Shown: positions 1 to 10,068 of the stretch, one piece after another
Layout: each line of letters starts with the position of its first letter
Numbering within the stretch: the stretch's first letter is position 1
Assembly (NCBI GenBank): GCA_963663765.2
Contig: CAXXUA010000005.1
Coordinates: 1,664,001-1,728,000, forward strand
Origin: Candidatus Poribacteria bacterium
GTDB taxonomy: Bacteria; Poribacteria; WGA-4E; WGA-3G
Direction of reading: 5' to 3'
DNA length: 64,000 bases
Program-made: the position numbers and the translations under genes
Notes under the pieces: generated by a model
The model's input: the letters and a program-made list of their open reading frames with translations, nothing else
Told to the model about the DNA's origin: nothing
Database searches by the model: none

Positions 1-2
1 CA

Positions 3-527
3 TTTACTCATTTTCAAGAGACTTTTGATAGCTTAAATGAGGTGATCACTGGGTTAAAGAGGTACTATAAACAAACTGACGAACAAATAAAAGGCTTAAA
101 ATTACCTGATTTTTCAATGGATGCCGAATTGCGCTATCTTAGTCTTGAAGAGAATTTATATACGGAATTTGGGTTCTCACTAAAACCACTACCACCTTCA
201 AAAAACCTATACCGTTTTGGTCTCGGCATAAGAGATGAGAACATCGGGGTAGAAGTTCAATATGCATATAATTTCACAGATTATCTGCAAGGAAGATTCG
301 GTTTCATGCGCTCCAATTTCGGGGTTGGTGTCGACCTTTGGTTGATGGCACGCCGCTTAGGTATCAGTGTTGAAAGCATTGGACTCACAAGAGACAAACC
401 TGAACTGAACGGTGAATTGAGTTACCGTTTCTTCAAAGGTGGACATTTTCTCGTAGGTGTTGAAAACTGGAGGAGTGATGATAGACGTTGGATAACAGGA
501 TTCAAATTGATAACAAGCGGATGGTAA
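3..527 (+). CDS. 5'-truncated protein; C-terminal beta-rich region, possibly the end of an MCE/MlaD-type or outer-membrane protein
   Basis: Frame is open from base 3 (FTHFQETFDSLNEV...) to TAA at 527. Helical segment followed by amphipathic beta strands ending in W. Confidence 0.5.
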   Translation, partial: FTHFQETFDSLNEVITGLKRYYKQTDEQIKGLKLPDFSMDAELRYLSLEENLYTEFGFSLKPLPPSKNLYRFGLGIRDENIGVEVQYAYNFTDYLQGRFGFMRSNFGVGVDLWLMARRLGISVESIGLTRDKPELNGELSYRFFKGGHFLVGVENWRSDDRRWITGFKLITSGW

Positions 528-621
528 AAGACATACGACTGTCTGCAATTGATTATCAGGTTTAGTGATGCAAAGACAACATGCTTTGGGATAGAAACTC
601 AATAGCAATAAACGGATAGAT

Positions 622-1983
622 ATGGCACAAACAAAACACAAATTTGTCTGTCAAGAATGTGGGTACACAACTCCGAGAGGACTCGGAAAATGTCCGAGTT
701 GTCAGGCATGGAACAGCTTTACCGAAGAAACTGAAATCGTTACGACATCCCCGTTACATCGAGTTATTAGTCATCAAGCTAACACACCCGAAATTATTGC
801 TCACGTAACAGCGACAGATGTAGAACGACAATTCACTGGAATGCCTGAATTTGATAGAGTTTTAGGCGGTGGAATTGTACCCGGATCCGTAGTCCTAATC
901 GGAGGGGACCCAGGTATAGGTAAATCCACACTATTGCTACAAGCAAGCGACGCACTCAGCCGCAAATATGGCAATGTGCTTTATGTATCAGGTGAAGAAT
1001 CAGTAAACCAGACGAAGATCCGTTCAAACCGACTTGGTGTAAATTCCGATACGCTCTATGTCCTCTGCGAAAATAATTTAGAGCAAATTGAAAAACAAAT
1101 TGAAAAACTTCAACCACAAGCAGTTGTTATTGACTCAATACAATCAGTCTATCTAACGAATTTTCAATCGGCTCCAGGAAGTATCACACAGATTCGAGAA
1201 TGCGCTGCACAACTCTTAATTTGTGCTAAAAAACAGAACATACCTATTTTCCTCGTTGGACATGTGACAAAAGAGGGAAATTTAGCGGGACCACGCGTGT
1301 TAGAGCACATAGTAGATACAGTCCTCTATTTTGAAGGAGAACGACATCACATTTATCGCGTCCTACGTGCAACAAAAAACCGATTCGGGTCAACAAATGA
1401 ACTCGGTATTTTTGAAATGCAGAACAAGGGATTAGTAGATGTCAAAAATCCATCACAACTCTTTTTGAGCGATAGAGAAGAGAATATTTCTGGTTCTGTA
1501 GTCGTTTCAAGCATGGAAGGCACACGTCCATTGTTGTTGGAGGTACAAGCATTAGTCGTTCCAACACATTACGGAACGCCGCGCAACACAGCTACAGGTA
1601 TTGATCGTAACCGCGTCGCGCTCCTCATCGCAGTTCTAAATAAACGTGTTGGACTGGATATAGGTGACTCAGATGTCTTTGTGAACATTACAGGGGGAAT
1701 ACGAATCGATGAACCAGGTATTGATCTCGGTGTGTTAATGGCTATTATATCTAACCACCGAAACAAGCCAATTGATCCCCATACAGTCATAATTGGAGAA
1801 GTTGGGTTAGGCGGTGAAATTCGACCCGTACCTCACATTGAAAGACGGATAAATGAAGCAGCAAAACTCGGATTCACAAAAGCTATTTTCCCAGAATATA
1901 ACCAAAAAAGTTTGAATATACAAGAGACAATCAAGCCCATTAGTGTGAAGAATATTTATGACAGCCTAAAAATATTGGTGTAA
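622..1983 (+). CDS. radA: DNA repair protein RadA/Sms
   Basis: C4 zinc finger CQECG..CPSC, Walker A GDPGIGKST, KNRFG motif, C-terminal Lon-like domain (GEVGLGGEIR). Confidence 0.97.
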   Translation: MAQTKHKFVCQECGYTTPRGLGKCPSCQAWNSFTEETEIVTTSPLHRVISHQANTPEIIAHVTATDVERQFTGMPEFDRVLGGGIVPGSVVLIGGDPGIGKSTLLLQASDALSRKYGNVLYVSGEESVNQTKIRSNRLGVNSDTLYVLCENNLEQIEKQIEKLQPQAVVIDSIQSVYLTNFQSAPGSITQIRECAAQLLICAKKQNIPIFLVGHVTKEGNLAGPRVLEHIVDTVLYFEGERHHIYRVLRATKNRFGSTNELGIFEMQNKGLVDVKNPSQLFLSDREENISGSVVVSSMEGTRPLLLEVQALVVPTHYGTPRNTATGIDRNRVALLIAVLNKRVGLDIGDSDVFVNITGGIRIDEPGIDLGVLMAIISNHRNKPIDPHTVIIGEVGLGGEIRPVPHIERRINEAAKLGFTKAIFPEYNQKSLNIQETIKPISVKNIYDSLKILV

Positions 1984-2204
1984 AATATCCAAAAAAAAAC
2001 AGAATTTCTTACGCACACAAGTAAACAATCTAAAAAGTTCTTTTAGCATATAAAATGTTCGTCCAAACAAGGACTGTAAAGTTCTGTAACGTAACGATCG
2101 AAAATTTATAGAGTTCCCGTAGAAAAAGGTAATTCGTTAGAAAGAAACAACACCATCATGGTATAATGCTGATAACGAATCATGGAATAAAGCTCTAATT
2201 AGCG

Positions 2205-3281
2205 ATGAAATGCAATTCGCCGCTGCAACCGGTCGAGAAAAGAACTATGCAAATTAAGATTATTCGTATCTCTTTTGTAATCATAGGTGGCATCATTGGA
2301 TACTTATTTAATAGTAGTTTAACCTATGTTGTTATCGGAATAGGTGTTGCGGGTATTTTTGTTGGATTTGAAACTTTACTTCGTAAACCCAAGTGTCGCA
2401 GGATTGTCGCAAGCATCTTAGGACTCGCATTCGGTTCGTTGATCTCTCATGGGTTGTTTCAACTCCTCTATCAAACAGATTCAACTCTCGATCAAAGCAA
2501 TGAGTGGTTTAATAGTACTTTGCATATAATTCTAATGCTCGGAGGTGGATATACTGGAATGATTTGTGGCTACTATCTATCTGAAAGTTTACCCATCGTA
2601 AGATTATTCAATTCATTTCGGTTCACACAGATGGGGACGCCATTTGCCACAAACGATTCCAATGGATTTAAACTCTTAGATACAAGCGTGATTATTGATG
2701 GACGTATCCTTGAAATTTGCGAAACACAATTTATTGATGGAACACTATTGATCCCACGTTTTGTTCTAAATGAGTTACAACATATTGCTGATTCAAACGA
2801 TTTACTGCGAAGAAATAAGGGACGGCGAGGGTTTGACATTCTACGTTCACTCCAAAATAGTCCGTCTATCGCTGTTGAAAATATTGAAGAAGATGTACCA
2901 CACCTTGATGAAGTCGACGCAAAATTGGTACACCTTGCTAAAAAACATTACGCTAAAATCATTACAAACGATCTAAACCTAAACAAAGTCGCTGAATTAC
3001 AGGGTGTCACAGTACTAAATATCAACGAATTAGCAAATGCGATACGTCCAATTGTTATTGCAGGAGAAATCATACAAGTCCATTTACAAAAAATCGGTAA
3101 AGAACCAAACCAAGGTGTAGGCTATCTTGATGATGGTACCATGGTGATCGTTGAAGACGGTAAATCGTTTATCGGACAAACACTTGATGTTGTCGTTACA
3201 CAAATGTTGCGAACCAGCACTGGGCAGATGATTTTCGCAAGGAATGCAGATGAACCTTTTCCACAGAAGGGAATTAGATGA
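2205..3281 (+). CDS. PIN/TRAM domain membrane protein (YacL-like)
   Basis: N-terminal TM helices, PIN motif LDTSVIIDGRI...ITND, TRAM motif GKEPNQGVGYLDDGTMVIVE. Typical position between radA and ispD. Start may be ATG 2247. Confidence 0.92.
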   Translation: MKCNSPLQPVEKRTMQIKIIRISFVIIGGIIGYLFNSSLTYVVIGIGVAGIFVGFETLLRKPKCRRIVASILGLAFGSLISHGLFQLLYQTDSTLDQSNEWFNSTLHIILMLGGGYTGMICGYYLSESLPIVRLFNSFRFTQMGTPFATNDSNGFKLLDTSVIIDGRILEICETQFIDGTLLIPRFVLNELQHIADSNDLLRRNKGRRGFDILRSLQNSPSIAVENIEEDVPHLDEVDAKLVHLAKKHYAKIITNDLNLNKVAELQGVTVLNINELANAIRPIVIAGEIIQVHLQKIGKEPNQGVGYLDDGTMVIVEDGKSFIGQTLDVVVTQMLRTSTGQMIFARNADEPFPQKGIR

Positions 3282-4021
3282 TTCAAACAAAATCAGATAC
3301 GGATAAACCACCTAGTGGGACTTTGACGAACTCCAAAATATCTGTAATCATCGCTGCCGCAGGAAAAGGCAGTCGCATGGAATCGTCTGTCAGAAAGCCA
3401 TATCTATTGTTAGGTAATAAACCAATTTTGTCCCATACAATTGATCGGTTTGAACAGAACAGTGTCATTGACGAAATCATTGTGATCGTTGATACAAATG
3501 ATTTTGAGATATGCAAAAAAAATGTGTTTACCCCATACCGATACAAGAAGGTTTGTGAACTCGTATCGGGTGGAAAAACTCGTCAAGAATCTGTATTCAA
3601 CGGAATTCGTTCGCTTTCAGATGATGTTGATTTCGTTATCATCCATGACGGCGTACGTCCGTTTATCAATGACGAAATTATCTTTGGATGTCTCAAGGCA
3701 GCATCAAAAAACGGTGCAAGTGTCTCTGCTGTACCTGTAAAAGAGACTATTAAAATCGCAAACGCCGATGATTTCATTGATCACACACCCGTTAGGGATC
3801 GCTTGTGGCGTGTACAAACACCACAAGTATTTCGTAAATCATTATTAGTAGACGCACATAGAAAGGCAATTAAAGACAGAATATGTGCAACTGACGACGC
3901 TGCATTAGTTGAAATACTGGGGATGCCTGTAAAACTGGTCATGGGCAGCTACAAAAACATAAAAATAACCACTACAGAAGATTTGCAGATCGCCGAAACT
4001 TTGCTAAATGATAGAGCATAA
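3278..4021 (+). CDS. ispD: 2-C-methyl-D-erythritol 4-phosphate cytidylyltransferase
   Basis: AAGKGSRM, IHDGVRPF, QTPQVF, TDDA, NIKITT motifs. Confidence 0.96.
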   Translation: MIQTKSDTDKPPSGTLTNSKISVIIAAAGKGSRMESSVRKPYLLLGNKPILSHTIDRFEQNSVIDEIIVIVDTNDFEICKKNVFTPYRYKKVCELVSGGKTRQESVFNGIRSLSDDVDFVIIHDGVRPFINDEIIFGCLKAASKNGASVSAVPVKETIKIANADDFIDHTPVRDRLWRVQTPQVFRKSLLVDAHRKAIKDRICATDDAALVEILGMPVKLVMGSYKNIKITTTEDLQIAETLLNDRA

Positions 4022-4043
4022 GGTATAATAAATCGGACATAAG

Positions 4044-4523
4044 ATGCGGATAGGAATCGGGTACGACGTTCATCAACTTGTTGAGAATAGGAAACTAATT
4101 TTGGGTGGCGTTGAAATCCCCTATCACTTGGGATTATTAGGACATTCAGATGCGGATGTGTTGACACACGCAATCTGTGACGCAATTTTAGGCGCAGCAG
4201 CTTTAGGAGACATCGGAACACATTTTCCAGATACGGACAAATGTTACGCTGGAATAGACAGTCAACTTATTCTTCGCACTATCACAGCGAAGATTAAAGA
4301 ACAAAATTACGTAATAGAAAATGTTGATAGCACAGTAATTGCACAAAAACCGAAATTAGCTCCATATATCTCCCAAATGCAACGTGTACTCGCAAAAACA
4401 TTAGATATAACAGAGACACAAGTAAGTGTGAAAGCGACTACCGCAGAAGCATTAGGAATTGTCGGTGAAGGAAAAGCAATCGTAGCACAAGCGGTTGTAT
4501 GTCTCTCTAAAGTTCAATCATAA
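4044..4523 (+). CDS. ispF: 2-C-methyl-D-erythritol 2,4-cyclodiphosphate synthase
   Basis: MRIGIGYDVH, GHSDADV, GDIG.HFPD, KATT motifs. Confidence 0.97.
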   Translation: MRIGIGYDVHQLVENRKLILGGVEIPYHLGLLGHSDADVLTHAICDAILGAAALGDIGTHFPDTDKCYAGIDSQLILRTITAKIKEQNYVIENVDSTVIAQKPKLAPYISQMQRVLAKTLDITETQVSVKATTAEALGIVGEGKAIVAQAVVCLSKVQS

Positions 4524-4582
4524 ATCTTGTGCTTTGTCGTAATGCAGTATATGTGCTTCATCAAAATATGAAGGGAAAGTGA

Positions 4583-6040
4583 ATGGGATTACAAATATAT
4601 AACTCGCTTAGCAGACAACTTGAGGATTTTTCTCCGCTAACTGAGGGACAAGTGTCAATGTACAGTTGCGGTCCCACCGTCTATGACTATATACACATCG
4701 GTAATGCTCGCACAGCACTCGTTACGGATATTATAAGAAGGTATCTTGAATACAGCGGATATGATGTCAAATTAGTCCAAAATGTGACTGATATTGACGA
4801 TAAAATTATTGCACGGGCACAAACACTCGGAATCAGCACTAATCAACTAGCAAATACAAACAGTGAAGCATATTTTGAGGATACACTACGACTCGGTATT
4901 CAACCCGCAGATGTACACCCGAAAGCAACTGAACACATTCCAGAGATGATTGACCTGATAAAAATGCTAATTGATAAAGGGGCAGCTTATGTTATTGACG
5001 GCAGCGTCTATTATCGCGTCAATACATTCAATGAATACGGCAAACTGTCAAGACGAAAACCAGAGGATCTCTTAGCAGGCGCACGAGTTGAAGTTGATCA
5101 ACGTAAAGAAGACCCGCGCGATTTTGACATGTGGAAGGCAGCAAAACCAGGAGAACCTTATTGGGATAGTCCATGGGGACCCGGTAGACCCGGATGGCAT
5201 ATTGAGTGTTCATCTATGGCGATGAAACATCTGGGTGAAACAATTGATATTCACGCAGGCGGTGAAGACCTCCTGTTTCCACATCACGAAAACGAAATCG
5301 CACAGAGTGAATTGGCTACAGGTAAACCATTTGCACGTTACTGGATTCATGTCGCGTTCCTGAAAATAGATGGAAAACGGATGGGTAAATCTGAAAAAAA
5401 CTTTATATTCTTACGAGACGCATTGGACAGATACCCCGCAGAAGTCATCCGTCATTTCCTCATTTCTGCACAATACAGACACCCCCTTGATTACAGTTTG
5501 GAAAGTTTGCAAAAATCTGATTCCGCCCTTAAACGTTTGAACAACTGTTTAAATACACTAAAAAAATATGATGAAGATACAAACGAAGGCACAAGTGATA
5601 AAGCCTCGCTAACGCAAGATGTTTCCAAAACTGACGACACACTTCTTTCTGCAATAGAGAACATGCAGTCACAATTTACTGATGCTATGAATACCGATTT
5701 CAATACCGCACAAGCAATGGGGTCAATTTTCTCACTTGTCAGTCACGTCAATCGGTCAATTGCAAATTCCAACGGTGTTACCCCAAACACTTTCGCAAAA
5801 GCCCGCAAAACCCTATTTGAAACCTGTCAAGTTCTTGGCATCTATACGCAAAACAAAGATGCAACTGGCAACTCCGAGGAATATCTCAAACCACTGCTTG
5901 AACTCCTATTAGAAATTAGACAGGAAGCACGAAACCAGAAAGATTGGGATACATCAGATAAGATCCGTGATAGACTGAAAAAACTGAATATAGAAATTCA
6001 AGACTCACATGAAGACTCTACTTGGAAATTTGTATCATAA
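4583..6040 (+). CDS. cysS: Cysteine--tRNA ligase
   Basis: CGPTVY, HIGN (HIGH), GRPGWHIEC, FPHHENE, RMGKS (KMSKS variant). Confidence 0.97.
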   Translation: MGLQIYNSLSRQLEDFSPLTEGQVSMYSCGPTVYDYIHIGNARTALVTDIIRRYLEYSGYDVKLVQNVTDIDDKIIARAQTLGISTNQLANTNSEAYFEDTLRLGIQPADVHPKATEHIPEMIDLIKMLIDKGAAYVIDGSVYYRVNTFNEYGKLSRRKPEDLLAGARVEVDQRKEDPRDFDMWKAAKPGEPYWDSPWGPGRPGWHIECSSMAMKHLGETIDIHAGGEDLLFPHHENEIAQSELATGKPFARYWIHVAFLKIDGKRMGKSEKNFIFLRDALDRYPAEVIRHFLISAQYRHPLDYSLESLQKSDSALKRLNNCLNTLKKYDEDTNEGTSDKASLTQDVSKTDDTLLSAIENMQSQFTDAMNTDFNTAQAMGSIFSLVSHVNRSIANSNGVTPNTFAKARKTLFETCQVLGIYTQNKDATGNSEEYLKPLLELLLEIRQEARNQKDWDTSDKIRDRLKKLNIEIQDSHEDSTWKFVS

Positions 6041-6149
6041 CAACAAATATAGAACATCTAATGTTTAGTCCGTGTCTAAAAAAATAAGAACGCTCATAGT
6101 TTCTTAATATTTTGCACATAATAGTTACGTGCAATAAGGAGATAAAGTC

Positions 6150-6794
6150 ATGTATATTAAAAAGGTTTTTCATTTCTCACTCATCTGTTTTGCTGTTGTT
6201 CTTGTCGGTTGTAGTGCATTGCTATCCCAACAAGAATGGAGTGAAAACTACTCACTTCTTGAAGGAACCATTTCAACCAGTCCATCAATGATTGATGGAG
6301 ATATAAACACAATCGGTGAAACGACACTCCCCGCAACCGCAAGCTCCGCGTTGGGATCAAATCCTGCACCTGAAGTCATTATCACACTGCCAGAAGAAAA
6401 AGTTATACGTAGAATCGTTATCCATTCAGAAAATCTAAAGACATTTGATATCTTCGCTGACCAAGGCGGAATTGTTAAGGAAACTGACTGGAAATTAATC
6501 AAAGAGATAAAAACTGTCAAATCAAACCCAATTGAGATCCCTGTTTTAATCTCACACCCTACAAACCGCATTCGGCTTAGAGTATTATCTACGACAGACG
6601 ATGCAAATCTAAAACGTAGTCAACGCGCGCGCAGCGGCGGTGCTGGTAATAGAGCATTCGGTCAAAATCGTCGAGCACAAGGTAAAATCAAGGAAATTGA
6701 ACTTTACGGATATAAAACTGTTGAACAAACAAAGCAAAACACCGCAGCCGAAAACCGTGAGAAAGAACTTGATGATTTATTGAATACAGAATAA
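6150..6794 (+). CDS. Putative lipoprotein, discoidin/galactose-binding-like fold
   Basis: Signal peptide with lipobox LVGC; WSEN motif; ends in IKEIELYG as in F5/8-type domains; RBS aaggag. Confidence 0.6.
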   Translation: MYIKKVFHFSLICFAVVLVGCSALLSQQEWSENYSLLEGTISTSPSMIDGDINTIGETTLPATASSALGSNPAPEVIITLPEEKVIRRIVIHSENLKTFDIFADQGGIVKETDWKLIKEIKTVKSNPIEIPVLISHPTNRIRLRVLSTTDDANLKRSQRARSGGAGNRAFGQNRRAQGKIKEIELYGYKTVEQTKQNTAAENREKELDDLLNTE

Positions 6795-6889
6795 ATAATA
6801 AAATATCGGTACGACCGTTTTACCAACAAGACATTGGTAGAATTTAGCAGAATGTTGTACAAATATAAACACGAAATAAGGAGGAATAA

Positions 6890-7474
6890 ATGCGTTTCGG
6901 TATATTGATAATAATGTTCATCGGTATGCTTGTTGCGATATCTGGTTGTGTTCTCTCCTCAAATTCAACGCTTAACTGGAGCGAGAACATTGCAATAAGA
7001 GCCAACAGCAAAAATTCAAAATTTCATGATGACAACTTATATACGGAAGGAAGAACCTCAACCATAGTTGAAGAAAATCGAAGCCAAGCTGCACAAGAAG
7101 AATCTGATAAATACACAGAAGCTGTGTTAAGTTGGAACGTCCCTCAGGCGATCCAACAAATTGTCGTCAAAGCAAAAGAGGGACAACTGGAATTCTTTCA
7201 TATTCAATATATGGATGAAGAAGGAAAGTGGGTTACAATCAAAGATGTTCGCGAAAACATGCGTCCTGTCTATAAATACACACTTAGAGATCCTATTCTG
7301 ACAAAAAAGTTCCGACTCAAAGTTCCACGCAGATGGGAATCCCGACGAATCGGCGGACAGAGTAGGTCAAAACGCTCAGAAACTGGGGCACCATCTGCTG
7401 CTGAATACAAGAATATTCAGGAAATTGAACTCTATTACGCACTCCCAACACCCGAAACTACCTCAATGGAATAA
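6890..7474 (+). CDS. Putative lipoprotein, paralogue of 6150..6794
   Basis: Lipobox ISGC, WSEN motif, IQEIELYY; RBS aggagg. Confidence 0.6.
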   Translation: MRFGILIIMFIGMLVAISGCVLSSNSTLNWSENIAIRANSKNSKFHDDNLYTEGRTSTIVEENRSQAAQEESDKYTEAVLSWNVPQAIQQIVVKAKEGQLEFFHIQYMDEEGKWVTIKDVRENMRPVYKYTLRDPILTKKFRLKVPRRWESRRIGGQSRSKRSETGAPSAAEYKNIQEIELYYALPTPETTSME

Positions 7475-7529
7475 TGAATACCATAAGCAGTCCAAATCTT
7501 CAACGGTTTTCAGGAGCATAATAAATTAG

Positions 7530-8747
7530 GTGATGCTATCTCAGGAAACAAAAAATCTTCTACATCTTAGTCTAATTCAAGGAGTTGGACCGAAAACCAT
7601 CTTATCCTTAGTCAATATATTGGGTAGTGCAGAAAAAGTTCTCAACGCTACGTCAGAGGAATTGGAAAAAATTGAAAAACTTTCTCCAAACGCACGAAAA
7701 CGTTTAACCCAAAGAAAACTCGGATGTCCATTAGAACGCGAGTTGGAACTGATACAGGAATATGGATGTCAAATAATAACATACTACGACACATCGTATC
7801 CACTCCTGTTGAAGGAAGTTGACCCACCACCTTTGTTACTTTACGTCAGAGGTGAAGTGAAACCGGAAGATTCACTTGGCTTCGCTATTGTCGGTTCCAG
7901 AGAAGCAAAAGATTATGGACGACGTGTCAGTTACCAATTAGCATACCAACTCGCGAACCGTGGTCTGACTGTCGTCAGTGGGTTCGCAAAGGGTATAGAC
8001 ACCTGTGCACACAGAGGCGCACTGGAAGCTGGCGGCAGAACAATTGCCGTAATGGGAAACGGACTGAGCCTCATCTATCCAGCAGGTAATCAAGAATTGG
8101 TGGAAAAAGTTGTTGAATCTGGCGCATTGATTTCTGAATTTCCGATGGGAATGAAACCAAGATCAGAGAATTTTCCCAGGCGCAATCGCATCATTAGCGG
8201 ATTAACACTTGGAACCGTTGTGGTTGAAGCTTCAAATAGAAGTGGCGCCCTTATAACAGCACGTCTCGCAAGTGAACAAGGTAGGGAGGTATTCGCTGTC
8301 CCAGGAGAAATCTTCTCTGAATTATCAACTGGCACACATAAACTAATTGATAACGGGGCGAAACTCATCAGCAAAGTAGACGATCTAATAGAAGCACTCC
8401 CACATCACGTCATAAATCAAATATCCGCCATCACACCAACATCAGAAACAGATAGAGGGAAGGAAACACCTTTCGTAAACAAGGGCAATCTTGAAGGTAC
8501 AAGCAGCACATTACCAAAATCAACCGATACTGATAAGAAAAAACCTTTACCCAAACCTCCACCACCAGATTTAACATCCGATGAAAAAACGGTGTTTGAT
8601 GCGATTGAAGTCCCTTCAACTCATATTGATACCATCGTCCGAACAACGCAGTTGCCGATTAACCAAATCTCAAGCGCACTGTTGATGTTAGAACTCAAAG
8701 GTGCTATTGAACAGTTACCCGGTAAACAGTTTGCCAAAACTATTTGA
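7530..8747 (+). CDS. dprA: DNA-processing protein DprA
   Basis: AIVGSR, VSGFAKGID, FPRRNRIISGL, SGALITA, VFAVPG motifs; C-terminal winged helix after a Pro-rich linker. Confidence 0.96.
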   Translation: MMLSQETKNLLHLSLIQGVGPKTILSLVNILGSAEKVLNATSEELEKIEKLSPNARKRLTQRKLGCPLERELELIQEYGCQIITYYDTSYPLLLKEVDPPPLLLYVRGEVKPEDSLGFAIVGSREAKDYGRRVSYQLAYQLANRGLTVVSGFAKGIDTCAHRGALEAGGRTIAVMGNGLSLIYPAGNQELVEKVVESGALISEFPMGMKPRSENFPRRNRIISGLTLGTVVVEASNRSGALITARLASEQGREVFAVPGEIFSELSTGTHKLIDNGAKLISKVDDLIEALPHHVINQISAITPTSETDRGKETPFVNKGNLEGTSSTLPKSTDTDKKKPLPKPPPPDLTSDEKTVFDAIEVPSTHIDTIVRTTQLPINQISSALLMLELKGAIEQLPGKQFAKTI

Positions 8748-8752
8748 GAGGT

Positions 8753-9730
8753 ATGCTTGTGAATTCATCTGAATTAGATTTTGAAAAACCACTAATAGAA
8801 TTAGAACGCCACCTAACACAACTGGACGCTTTCACAGAAGAACATCCAGAGTTAGACCTTTCAGAAGGTATTGCTGCATTGAAACAGAATGCAGACACAC
8901 TCACAAAACAGACTTTTCAAAAACTGAGTCGATGGGATAAAGTCCGTTTAGCACGGCACCCACAACGACCGCAATCTTCACTCTATATAGACGAACTTCT
9001 TGACGATCCTGTTGAACTCCGCAGCGATAAGTTATACGGCGATGACCGCGCTCTTATCGGTGGCTTAGCATGGTTTGATGAACACCCTATCGTCTACCTT
9101 GCACAACAAAAAGGAACGAACCTTGAAGAACGGCAGAAGATGAACTTCGGATATACACACCCAGAGGGGTACCGAAAAGCAAGACGTCTGATGCAGTTGG
9201 CGAACAAATACAACCGTCCCTTAATCTGTTTTGTTGATACGCCAGGTGCACACTTTGACCTCCGTTCCGAAGAATACGGACAAGCGGCAGCCATCGCTGA
9301 CAATCTCGCTGAAATGATACAGATGCATGTCCCAATTCTTGTCGTTATCATCGGTGAAGGCGGCAGCGGGGGCGCGTTAGCAATCGCTGTTGGTAATCGC
9401 GTGTTGATGATGGAATATGCAATCTACTGTGTCGCACCACCCGAGGCATGCAGTGGAATCGTATGGAAAGATAAAGGTGAACACGCACCTGAAGCCACCG
9501 AAGGCTATAAACCCACCGCACCTGACCTGCTAAAATTAGGTATCATTGACCAAATAATTCGCGAACCCCTCGGTGGTGCACACAGGGACCCAGAGGCAGC
9601 TGTCCGCAGCGTCAAACGTGCTATGCGAAAACATCTCAATGAATTGCTACAGATGACAGAAATACAACTTGTCCAACAACGTCATGAACGTTATAGAAAT
9701 CTCGGACTTTACGGAGAAGATGAAAATTAA
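8753..9730 (+). CDS. accA: Acetyl-CoA carboxylase carboxyltransferase alpha subunit
   Basis: LDFEKPL, ARHPQRP, PEGYRKA, DTPGA, GEGGSGGALA, EPLGGAHR motifs. ATG 8753 chosen after gagagg. Confidence 0.95.
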   Translation: MLVNSSELDFEKPLIELERHLTQLDAFTEEHPELDLSEGIAALKQNADTLTKQTFQKLSRWDKVRLARHPQRPQSSLYIDELLDDPVELRSDKLYGDDRALIGGLAWFDEHPIVYLAQQKGTNLEERQKMNFGYTHPEGYRKARRLMQLANKYNRPLICFVDTPGAHFDLRSEEYGQAAAIADNLAEMIQMHVPILVVIIGEGGSGGALAIAVGNRVLMMEYAIYCVAPPEACSGIVWKDKGEHAPEATEGYKPTAPDLLKLGIIDQIIREPLGGAHRDPEAAVRSVKRAMRKHLNELLQMTEIQLVQQRHERYRNLGLYGEDEN

Positions 9731-9740
9731 TACTACAATA

Positions 9741-9955
9741 ACGCAAGTTGCTACCTATAAGGTTTAGACGAATAAACACCGTTTTTTATAGAGTATAATA
9801 CACTTTTCGGTAGTATTTGTAGCACAAACTTTTAGTTTGTGCATCTTTATGACGCAAACTAAAAGTTTGCGCTACAAAATATAGGCTATTTATCAGCACT
9901 TTTTTGATAATAGATGGTTTTTCTAGGTCTAATTATTGTAGGTAGCAACATGGGT
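9741..9955. mobile_element. MITE with AC...GT termini carrying a REPIN
   Basis: Imperfect TIR acgcaagttgctacc / ggtagcaacatgggt; 7-bp direct repeat tacaata on both sides; internal inverted pair gtagcacaaacttttagtttgtgc ... gcaaactaaaagtttgcgctac (9819-9875). Confidence 0.75.
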
Positions 9956-10068
9956 TACAATATATAATTCTAAAGTAAAAAATCCTATTTTCAAATATTA
10001 CAAAATAAACAAATACCCTACAAAACTCATGAAAATCCCACTATCACATAAACATTCCATAAAAAAAT

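Noticed and set aside
622-6040. radA-PIN/TRAM-ispD-ispF-cysS gene order
   Set aside because: Well-known conserved synteny; not novel.
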